A DNA stretch of 64,000 nt from NCBI GenBank assembly GCA_963825105.1, contig CAWGSB010000024.1:41615-105614 (forward strand), written 5' to 3'. Source of the DNA: an uncultured Alphaproteobacteria bacterium (lineage in GTDB: Bacteria > Pseudomonadota > Alphaproteobacteria > Rhizobiales > Xanthobacteraceae). Under the pieces are notes generated by a model. The model did not search any database. It was not told the DNA's origin and saw only the letters and a list, made by a program, of their open reading frames with translations. Made by a program: the position numbers and the translations under genes. Below, in pieces: positions 49,440 to 58,201 of the stretch. Position 1 is the stretch's first letter. Each line of letters opens with the position of its first letter.

Positions 49440-49850
49440 ATGGCTCGAAAGAAGCAGTGGATGCCGTCAAGCCGCGCGCCCCGTCCGGCGGCGCCCGACG
49501 CGTCGGAGAAGGCGGTCATCGTCGCCGCTTGCGAGGCCTTCATTGGCGACGTCCTCAAACCGCGTTTCCTGCCGCAGATCAGGCCGACGCAATGGAACTA
49601 CGTGATCGACATCCATGGCGCGTGGGCGGCGGGACGATACCGGTTCATGCAGCGCTACAGGTCGGGCATGGTGCACAATCGCGGCGATGAGTTCGATGCG
49701 CCCTTCGCCCGCATCGACCGCATGGGGCCGGACCGTTTCGATATCTACTGGATGCGGCACACGGGCAAATGGTGGCGTGTCCATGTCGGCGTGACGCTTG
49801 CCGAGGCGCTTCGAATCCTCGAAACCGACGAAGTCCTGTATCCGGTCTGA
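49440..49850 (+). CDS. Hypothetical protein (DUF3024-like; tentative)
   Basis: AAGGA RBS; FARIDRMGPDRFDIYWMRHTGKWW. Confidence 0.6.
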   Translation: MARKKQWMPSSRAPRPAAPDASEKAVIVAACEAFIGDVLKPRFLPQIRPTQWNYVIDIHGAWAAGRYRFMQRYRSGMVHNRGDEFDAPFARIDRMGPDRFDIYWMRHTGKWWRVHVGVTLAEALRILETDEVLYPV

Positions 49851-49913
49851 CCAGACCAGCCCGCTGGACGTAAGACCTGTCTTCGTCCTCGATTTGCCGC
49901 GACGGCCGTCACC

Positions 49914-51047
49914 ATGAGCGAATACCAGTATTACGAATTCCAAGCGATCGACCGTCCGCTCAGCGAAGCGGATCGTCAGGCCCTTCGGGATCTATCGACA
50001 CGAGCGCGGATCACGGCCACCACCTTCACGAACTCCTATGAATGGGGCGACTTCAAAGGCGATCCAGCCAAACTCATGGAGCGCTGGTTCGACCTCCATC
50101 TCTATCTCACGAACTGGGGTTCGCGCCGCCTGATGATTCGGCTGCCTAAGCGGCTGGTCGATCGGCGCCTCCTCGACGCCTTCCTCGGCGAGGTCGATTG
50201 CGCCACGTTGTCGGTCTCTGGTGAGAACCTGATCGTGGACATCAGTTGCGACGAGGTTGAATTCGAGGATTGGGATGATGGCTCGGGCTGGCTCGCCGCT
50301 TTGGCTCCCCTCCGCGCCGAGGTTCTCGCGGGTGACCTGCGACTGTTCTATCTCCTCTGGTTGACGGCGGTCCAGGCCGAGGTTTTCGAGGCTGACTGGC
50401 CGGAGCCCATGCCCGGGATTGGGCCGATGTCGGCAAGCCTGGAAGCTTTCGCAGAATTCTTCGGCATCGATTCAGACCTTGTCCAAGCGGCGGCCGAACG
50501 CTCCACTGTCGCAATGGCGAGCGCCATGTCTGCGGAGGCCGTCGAGGGGATCATTTCGGCGATGACCGATGCCGCCAAGACGACGATGCTGTTGCGGCTG
50601 TTCGACGGCGATCGACACGTCGCCGCCGAACTACGGGCCAAGGTCAGGAACCGTATGGCGAGCGACGCCGACGCCCCGCCGATCGCCGCCCGAACCGTCG
50701 GCGAACTACGCGCGCGCGCCGCCGCGATCGGCCTTGCGCGCGAGCAGGCCGCCGCCGAGAAGCTCGCCGCCAAACACAAACGGCGCGTGAAAGAGGCCGA
50801 GAAAGACCGCCAAGCCCGGCTATTGGCGATAGCGCGGCGGGGCGAAGGCGTCTGGCGCGAGGTCGAGGCCGAAATCGAGCGGCGCAACGCTGCGGCCTAT
50901 GACAAGGCGGCGGGGCTTCTCCTCGATCTTCAAGCGGTCGCCAAGGAACGAGGTACGATCGAGGACTTCCTTCGTCGACTTCACGCGATCCGTGAGAAGC
51001 ATGTCCGCAAGGAACGGTTCATCGAACGGCTGGCTGCATTGGAATAG
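49914..51047 (+). CDS. Conserved uncharacterised protein (MSEYQYYEF family)
   Basis: Intact 377-aa ORF with a recognisable conserved N-terminus. Confidence 0.75.
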   Translation: MSEYQYYEFQAIDRPLSEADRQALRDLSTRARITATTFTNSYEWGDFKGDPAKLMERWFDLHLYLTNWGSRRLMIRLPKRLVDRRLLDAFLGEVDCATLSVSGENLIVDISCDEVEFEDWDDGSGWLAALAPLRAEVLAGDLRLFYLLWLTAVQAEVFEADWPEPMPGIGPMSASLEAFAEFFGIDSDLVQAAAERSTVAMASAMSAEAVEGIISAMTDAAKTTMLLRLFDGDRHVAAELRAKVRNRMASDADAPPIAARTVGELRARAAAIGLAREQAAAEKLAAKHKRRVKEAEKDRQARLLAIARRGEGVWREVEAEIERRNAAAYDKAAGLLLDLQAVAKERGTIEDFLRRLHAIREKHVRKERFIERLAALE

Positions 51048-51070
51048 TGCATCGCGCCTTGGGGTAAATT

Positions 51071-51124
51071 TGGCGGGCCACGAACGACGATGATGAGCAC
51101 TATGTCTACGCTATAGCCCTATGA
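51071..51124 (+). repeat. att-like repeat copy 2 (encodes WRATNDDDEHYVYAIAL*)
   Basis: See copy 1. Confidence 0.85.
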
Positions 51125-52820
51125 TGTGCTTGAGCGCTCCCGTGCGCCGAAGACGCTTCAGCACCGAGGACGCTAGGCAGTGCGTCGGCAGATTCGGCCG
51201 ACGCCGCCACACGTGCCACGCAGGCTGGCAGACTGTCTCGGACTTCGTAAACCCACAATCTGAGAACGTCCCATCCCATCTCAATAAGCCGCAGATTCCT
51301 TAGCTGGTCTCTGCGAACGAGCTCTCCATCCCAATCGCGATGGTACCGCTCGCCGTCGATTTCGATATCAAGTCGCCTGCCGTTGGGACGTATTAGCGCT
51401 AGATCAAGATCGTACTGATCCACATCGAACTGGGGTATCGGGCGGAGACCAGCGTCAACAAGCGCAGCATAGAGGACCTTCTCCCAACCGGAGACACGCT
51501 CCGGATGAGCGACAGCGGGATAGTCTCGGTTCGTCCCGTCGGGTGCCGGAGCCGCTATCGGCTGCGGTGCCGGCCTGCCGTGATCCGCGACGAAGCGGGC
51601 GAAAGCGCTCAGATATTCTACCTCGCTCGATGCGCATGCCGCAGCATCCCCGACAATAATAAGCGCGCCACGAGCGCGGGTGATGCCAACGTTGAAGATA
51701 TTTCCCTGGCTCTTGAGAAATCCCGTCGCGCCGACGGGAATGCCGCGCGACACCACAGGCGAGAACACTATCAGATCGCGTTCATCGCCTTGGAATTTGT
51801 GTGCCGTCTCGCAAATGAAGTTGCGTGTCGCGAGCACTGGCGCTAGCGCATCATCTCGAGCCACCAGCTCCTCGATCAGGTTCGCTTGCGCCCGGAACGG
51901 AGTCACAACGCCCATTTCCCCAGAAAACCGCTGCGCGATCGCAATCCTTCGTAATTCTTCGACGACCGCGGCGGCTTCCGTTTGGTTGACAGCCCCTCCC
52001 GTGGGCGGCCGGACGGCGTTGCCCGCCACATTCACCCACTGGATGGCGGGTCCGTCCGGTCGCCTTAAGCGACGATAATCTGTCGCGACTCTCAACCGTC
52101 CGCCATAGAAGAAGCTATTAGAGAAGCTGATGATATCGGCGTGACTTCGATGGTGGTCACGCAAGACCACGATCGACGTCGAACTAGCTTTGGCTACAGC
52201 CAAATCATAGAGGCTGTTCGCACGATAACCCCAAGTCGGTCCCTGGGTTATCCAGGAGATCGTGTTTAACGATCAAGGCCTGATCGCGTTGTTCCGATAG
52301 TCGGCTGATGTGCCGAAGCTGTTGCGGGTCACCGATTACGACGGCGCGTTTTGCGCGGAAAAGTAATGGTAAGGCGGATGCGATGTCGCACTGGCTAGCT
52401 TCATCAATCACTACGAGATCGAATTCTCCGGCTGTAAACGGCACCTGCCACGCACTGAAAAGAGAGGTCACAGCCCAACACGGAAGGGCCTTCGTTGCTT
52501 TTGCGGCAAGTTGGTAATAGCGGCGCCAAACCTGCTTCGCGATTGTGCTCCCTTCTTCATCGGCTCTCGAAATTGTTCGGAGAATTGCGGCATAGTCACC
52601 CAAGGCTTGCGCGGGTCTTGGTGCTTGTTCAATCGATCTGGAAGGAGGGCGGTCCAGGTACTCCAGGCTTCGCCGGATATTTCCGCCAGAGTTCGGGTCT
52701 CATTTGCCACATCCGCGGCGACAGCCCCTGTGTCTGGTGTGCCCGATAAGATCTTGAGAGCGGCTCTGTAGGCCGATGCGGCTTTCAAGGCTTCGATAAA
52801 TTCCCAACCGTCAGTCAAGC
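51106..52820 (-). pseudogene. 5'-truncated SF1B (DNA2/Upf1-like) helicase fused to a DUF559/Vsr-like nuclease
   Basis: VIDEASQC, GDPQQL, VVTPF, HKFQGDERD, NVGITRAR, IEIDGERYH; Walker A absent; abuts the recombinase remnant. Confidence 0.85.
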
Positions 52821-52823
52821 TGA

Positions 52824-53048
52824 GCCCGCCAGCGGATACGCATCGAAGGCGGCGGCTATCGCCGCGACCATCTGCGTGCCCTGGCCCAAAGGGTCGAAGT
52901 CGCCGACCGCGAGGTCCGCATCATGGGATCGAAGAGCGATTTGCTCAGAACGCTCGCGGCCATTTCCGGCGTAAAATCGGCTACTGGCGGCGTTCGCAGT
53001 TCTGTTCTGGACTGGCGGAGAGGGAGGGATTCCCCGCGGGGGGCATGA
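52824..53048 (+). pseudogene. C-terminal remnant of a serine recombinase, reading into the tRNA fragment
   Basis: Hand-translated: GGYRRDHLRALAQRVEVADREVRIMGSKSDLLRTL...VRSSVLDWRRGRDS. Confidence 0.75.
53013..53032 (-). other. tRNA-Ser 3'-end fragment (att site)
   Basis: Reverse complement GAATCCCTCCCTCTCCGCCA = T-arm, acceptor strand, G discriminator and CCA; rest of the tRNA absent. Confidence 0.85.
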
Positions 53049-53123
53049 AACCCTTCCATACAAGTTTATCCTTCTATTTCAGGGGTTCTTGAACGGCCGG
53101 GCGCTACACCGAGGTGCTCCACC

Positions 53124-54795
53124 ATGCCGACGATGAAGATGCCAACCCCGCGAAAACGTCCGACCTCCGAGTTCTACTGGATTCGGAAGAAAGTACCCGT
53201 AGGGCTGCGCGCCCTGGTCGGCAAGACCGAGGTATGGGCGAGCCTCAAGACCAAGGACGAGCGGAAGGCCAACATCAGAATCGGCGCCGTCAACGCCGAG
53301 ATCGAGGCCGAATGGGCCCGCCTCCGGGCCGGCGGGCTGCCGGAACCGGGCGCCGACCGGGAGATCGAACCCGCTCCCTTCAAGCTCACCCACCAGGACC
53401 TGCACGCCCTGCGGGGCGCCGCCCACGTCGAGATCCGCGATGCCTGGATCAAGGAGCCACCGACGGGCTTCCGCAAGCTGAGGCTGTCCTCGCGGGACGA
53501 GGAGTCGCTGCAAGAGGACGCCGCGGAATGGCTGGAGAAGGGCGGTTACGAGGTCTCGATGGAGAATATCGAACGTCTCAAACCCCTCCTGCTCAGAGCC
53601 CGGAATGAAGCCACGAAGGACGTCGAACGTGCCCGCGCCGGGGACTACCAGCCAAGCCGTGATCTGGAGGGGCTGCCGCGGCGAACGACGCCCGGGCTCG
53701 ACTTCGTCAGGGCGTTCGAGGAGTTCGCGGTCAAGGGCGGCCTCAAGGGCGGCAAGTTCGGGCCGACGGCGAAGCGGTGGCGGCCGAAGATCAAGGCGTT
53801 CTGCGATTTCATGGGCCACCGCGACCTGAAGCGCATGACGACCGGCGACGGTTACAATTGGGTAGATCGCCTGATCGAGGACAAATATGCGCACAAGTCG
53901 ATCAAGGACGTGTGGGTAGCGGCCCTGTCCGCGACGGCCGGCTTCATGGTGGAACGTCGCAAGCTCGACCAGAATCCGTTTCTGCGACTGACGGTCCGCG
54001 AGGACAAGTCGGATGCAGCCGCGGCCGAAATGCGGCAACAGCAGCCGCCCCGAAAGGGCTTCACGCCGGAGGAGGCCAAGCTCATCCTGAACGCCACCCT
54101 GGCCACTCCGAGTCACCTCCTGTCCGTCGAAATGAGGGCGGCGCGGCGCTGGCTGCCGTGGCTGTGCGCCTACAGCGGCGCTCGCGTCAACGAGCTTACC
54201 AGTCTGCATCCGGACGACATTTCTGCCGTCACGAACAGGATCTGGTGCATGACCATCAAGCCGTCGCTCGAAAAGACGGCGCAATGGCGCGTCGTGCCCG
54301 ATCCATTCGCACGTGATCGAGCAGGGCTTCCTGGACTATGTCGCGGAACGCCGAAAACTGAACAAGCCGCTCTTTTACGATCCGGACCGCAGCCGCGGCG
54401 GCAAGCCCGGCAATCCGCAGTTCAAGAAGGTAGCCGAACGGATCGGCGAATGGGTGCATGGCCTCGGCATTCCGGTCGGCGTGAAGCCGAGCCACGCCTG
54501 GCGCCATCTGTTCAAGAGCGTGGCGCGGCACGTGGGGATGGATCGCGAAGTAGAAGGCTTCATCACGGGTCACCGTCCGAAGGACTCGAACGCGGGCAAC
54601 GACTACGGCGACCGGTGGATTAGGACGATGTCCGCGGAAATCGAGAAATACCCCCGCTTCAATATCGCCGCCTTTGGCCGACCGCCGGCTCCGCACCGGC
54701 GGCATCGGCGCACCGATGCCGAGGTCGCCTCGGCGAAGGCAAAGAAGGCGGCCCGCAAGGTGGCACGGGCCACACGGGCTCCGGATTCGGTCTAG
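53124..54795 (+). CDS. Tyrosine recombinase/integrase (DUF6538-type N-terminus)
   Basis: YWIRKKVP...SLKTKD; SGARVNEL, HAWRH, GH...DYG; frameshift near 54300. Confidence 0.9.
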
Positions 54796-56085
54796 CAGTT
54801 TGCTGAAAAACCATGAAACGGAGAGTTTTCTTGTTCTGGCCGGTCGTTGTTGGGGCGGCGCGGAGGAGTTGGACGTAATTTTCTAGTGTTGGGCGCGTCC
54901 CTGACGCGGGGTGGTTAAGCGGTAACCAGTTTGGGTATGCGGATCAGGTTATAGGCGATCAGATTGAGCAGGAAGTCGGCGGCGACGCGAGCGATGCCAC
55001 GATGTTTGGTCTTGCGCATGGTGCCGTGCTGCTTGCCCCATCCGAAAATGCACTCGACCATCGCCCGGCGCGATTGCGACATGCCATAGCCTTGATGCCG
55101 GGTCGTTCGTTGATCGATGGCGCTGGTGCGGGTCTTGCCGGTTTTGGTGACGGCCTGGTTCTGTGTCACATGCGGCGTCACGCCGATGATGCGAAGATTG
55201 GCGACATGATCGGCCGTATCGTACGCCTTATCCTCACCGGCCGTGATGCGGCGGCCTGCGGCTTTGCGTCTCGCCTTCAGCATGGCCTCCGAAGCCCGGC
55301 GTTCAGCGGTGCCATTGGCATGCGTGACCATGCCGGCCACCGCCAGCCCATGCCGGTTCTCCATGGTGGCGTGGCCCATATAGCAAAGCTTCGGCCTCCC
55401 GTCCGGCCGCCTTGCGATAAAGCCTGCTGTCCGGGTCGCTGGTACTCGCATGGCTGTCGTTCTTGCGCTTCTGGCCATGGAAGTCGGCGCCACCGTCATC
55501 GTCGCCGCTGCCGTCCTTGGGGCGAAAACTCTTCTGCGAAGCCCAGGCTTGGATCAGCGTTCCGTCCACCGAGAAAATGCTCGTCCGACAGCAGCGGCTT
55601 GACCTGCGGATGGTTCAGAAGCCTGGTCATGAACTTCGCGAACACATCGCCGTTCTGCAGCCGCTCCCGGTTCTTGGTGAAGGTGGTCGGGTCCCAGACC
55701 GGATCGTCCGGCGACAGCCCTACGAACCAGCGATACAAAAGATTGTAGTCCAGTTGCTCCATCAACTGGCGTTCCGAGCGGATGCCGTAGAACACCTGCA
55801 GCAGCAAGGCGCGTAGCAATCGCTCCGGGGGGATCGAAGGACGTCCCTCGCTGGCATAGAGCCTCCCAAGGCTGCGGTTCAAATCACTCAAAACATCCCT
55901 GGACAAGTTCCCGGACCTTCCGCAGCGGATGGTTCGCTGGCACACGCTTATCGGGCGCGATGTACGAAAACAGGCCGCCCTGATCCGTAAACCTGCCGCG
56001 CATGATCGCCTCCGCCGAATTCGAGATGATAAAGTGAATGCGATCAAGCCTCCTCCGATGGCGAGCGAGGTTCTTCAGCAGACTG
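54796..56085 (-). mobile_element. IS5-family insertion sequence, 1290 bp, CTAG target duplication
   Basis: IRs CAGTTTGCTGAAAAACC / GGTTCTTCAGCAGACTG (15/17); CTAG at 54792-54795 and 56086-56089. Confidence 0.92.
54915..56003 (-). CDS. IS5-family DDE transposase
   Basis: GRPSIPPE, VDGTLIQAWAS, EDKAYD, VECIFGWGK; three frameshifts. Confidence 0.88.
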
Positions 56086-56294
56086 CTAGGAGACATGCCA
56101 TCCGTCGGCGAGCCGGTTGACCATCGCGGCCCTTCCGCCAAGGTCTTGTCGGCCTTCCCGCGGCCCCAGGCTCGGGACCGTCCAGGCAGATCCGCGAGAT
56201 CGTCGGGTGCGCGGCTGCCGACCGTGTAAGTCGAGGAGCAACGTGGGCAAGAAAAACATCCGCTCGGGGGGACGTCGTCCACCCCCGTGGGCGC

Positions 56295-56570
56295 TCATCG
56301 ACGCCCCTTTCGCAGCCGCACGCCTTCTCCCGTCTTCTCGTTCGCGAAGACGAATTCGACATCCAGGTCGTCTTCCATCTTGCGCCTCAGTTCCTCGAGC
56401 ATCCTCCTGCGCCGTGGATCCATCGGCCCCGGCTTCATGATCTCGATCAGCGCGATCGTCTTTCGCGATATTCCAACCTTCCCGGCGAGCTTCTCCTGAT
56501 CGAAGCCGAGAAGCGCACGCGCCGCCCTTATCAGCGTCGGCGTCAGTAGATCGGCGTCCCTGTCATCCAA
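56295..56570 (-). CDS. XRE-family HTH regulator
   Basis: IRAARALLGFDQEKLAGKVGISRKTIALIE...GEGVRL. Confidence 0.88.
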   Translation of the reverse strand: MDDRDADLLTPTLIRAARALLGFDQEKLAGKVGISRKTIALIEIMKPGPMDPRRRRMLEELRRKMEDDLDVEFVFANEKTGEGVRLRKGRR

Positions 56571-56649
56571 AAGCCCCGTCCCCTCACCGTTCGTTAAGCA
56601 TACGAAATGATCGGTAATTTTATGCTACCAATCTCTCCGGCAAGCTGCT

Positions 56650-56665
56650 ATATGATATATCACAT
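56650..56665. promoter_or_regulatory. Candidate operator in the divergent AT-rich promoter
   Basis: ATATGATA-TATCACAT near-perfect palindrome between the XRE and HNH genes. Confidence 0.4.
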
Positions 56666-56680
56666 AATAGGTGAGGCGAA

Positions 56681-56986
56681 ATGAACTACGTGATCTACAT
56701 GGCGAGCCATCGCTGGAGGACCAATCCGGCCCGCGTGGCGGAGCTGCAGGGTGCCGCCGGACGCTGCCGGGTTTGCTTCGAGCAGTCCCCGCTCGAGGCT
56801 CACCACGCGACCTACGCGCGTCTCGGATGCGAAGCCGACGGCGATCTTCTTGCGGTCTGCCGCCCGTGCCACGTCGAGATCACGACGTTCCTCCGCCGCC
56901 GCCGCTACCAGCACAGGAAGCCGATCCGTACCGACGTGCCGCATGTCCGCGACACGCGTCGTCCGTTGGTCGACCCCACCCGCTAA
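56681..56986 (+). CDS. Small HNH endonuclease-like protein
   Basis: CRVC...LEAHHATY...DLLAVCRPCH zinc-finger HNH pattern; GAGG RBS. Confidence 0.8.
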   Translation: MNYVIYMASHRWRTNPARVAELQGAAGRCRVCFEQSPLEAHHATYARLGCEADGDLLAVCRPCHVEITTFLRRRRYQHRKPIRTDVPHVRDTRRPLVDPTR

Positions 56987-56998
56987 GGAGATCAAGGA

Positions 56999-57572
56999 AT
57001 GAAGCCCGAAGCCATCCGCCTGCGGCTCACCGAAACCAAGCGACTGATCATGCACAATGGGCCGCTCGCCGATCCGCTCAACCCGATCACGAAGGAATTG
57101 GGTCGCCTGACGTCGAAGAGCGCCGAAGACGGAAGCCGATCACTTGCAGATCAGCCGCGTCGAATGGTTCGGAGGCTTGTGGCTGGACGACGGCAAGCCC
57201 TGCATCCCGGCGAGGCGTTGATGGCGACTTTCGTGCAGGCTGCGAAGACGCGCAAGAAGGGCGCAGAAGCCAAGGTCGGCCTCATCGTCGATAGCCACGC
57301 CGCTCTCGAATACGTCGGCCCCGCTGACCTCGACGAGCTCTGGGAAGACAAGCGCTTCCGATTGCGCGTCGGCGTGAAGGTGCAGAAACGCGCGAACGAT
57401 GCGCACGCGGCCGCGCTTCGACGACTGGAGTGTGGAGTTCACGGCCCACTACTTTCCGAGCCTGTTCGACCGTCAGACGGTCGTCGACCTCTACAAGGTC
57501 GCGGGCTTCATGAAGGGCTTGGGCGACTGGCGACCCCAGCACGGCAATTTCTCGGTGGAAGTCATCGAGTAG
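56999..57572 (+). CDS. Stand-alone Cas7/RAMP-like protein (~190 aa; Vipr-like)
   Basis: Joined over three indels (~57120, ~57208, ~57387): IRLRLTETKRLIMHN...PCIPGEALMATF...MRTRPRFDDWSVEF...GLGDWRPQHGNFSV. Confidence 0.75.
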
Positions 57573-57704
57573 CGAGCTCCACAGGTGGGGCGTGGCCCGG
57601 CGAGGCAGGGCACGGTCCGGCGTGGCGAGGCGGAGAACGCAAGCCGTTCTCCCGACAGGTGGAGAGCTCGGGTCGAGCTCTCCACCACCATCAGGAACGC
57701 AAGC
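57573..57704 (+). ncRNA. Putative guide RNA: (GGY-NN) pentamer tract plus hairpins
   Basis: Ten GGY triplets at exact 5-nt period 57584-57631; 8-bp hairpin 57632-57652; 13-bp hairpin 57658-57686. Confidence 0.75.
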
Positions 57705-57762
57705 AACCAGCGCCGCGAGCACCTCTCGCGCGAACGGTCGAACTTTGACGAAGGAGAACTAG

Positions 57763-58200
57763 ATGAATGTGAGTACGAAGCGCACCACCGTCGTGGCCAG
57801 CAATGTCCCGGTCGCACCCGCGTGCTCGCCGACCGGGTGGTGGCGCTCCATCGCCGCGCCGAACTTCCACCCGATGGCTCTAGGCGCGATGAAGGCCGCG
57901 GTCGAGAAGGTCGAAATGTTGGGCGAGCCGAGCTGGCGCGATGCGGTCGCGGGGGACGCCGCCGCCGCCGTCGGCATGGCTATCCTCTTCGACCGCCAAA
58001 AGGCGACACCGGGCAAGCTCGACCTCGTCATGACCGCGCTCGTGATCTGCGCCTGCGAGGGAAACGCCACCGCCTGCGTGGTGCTCTCCAACATCATCAG
58101 GCGGCTCCCGAATGCCGGCAACCACGAGGCACGCGTCGCGACCTCGTGGCTCATGCAAGCTTTCCGCCCGCTCGCGGATCGTCACCTTTCCCGAGGCTGA
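57763..58200 (+). CDS. Hypothetical protein
   Basis: AAGGAG RBS; stop abuts the next start. Confidence 0.65.
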   Translation: MNVSTKRTTVVASNVPVAPACSPTGWWRSIAAPNFHPMALGAMKAAVEKVEMLGEPSWRDAVAGDAAAAVGMAILFDRQKATPGKLDLVMTALVICACEGNATACVVLSNIIRRLPNAGNHEARVATSWLMQAFRPLADRHLSRG

Positions 58201-58201
58201 A

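Noticed and set aside
49278-51124. Two-repeat mini-CRISPR or IS terminal repeats
   Set aside because: The repeats are direct, 1.8 kb apart and keep a reading frame; an att half-site fits better.
52736-52761. Partial match of the gapped target (GGtGTgCCcGAtAAgAT...) in the helicase remnant
   Set aside because: Only the first four dinucleotides match fully, which is expected by chance in GC-rich DNA of this length.
53013-53032. Intact tRNA gene
   Set aside because: Only the 3' 20 nt are present; reported as an att fragment.
57573-57704. Canonical CRISPR array beside the RAMP gene
   Set aside because: No 23-47-nt repeats with unique spacers and no cas1/cas2; the period is 5 nt.
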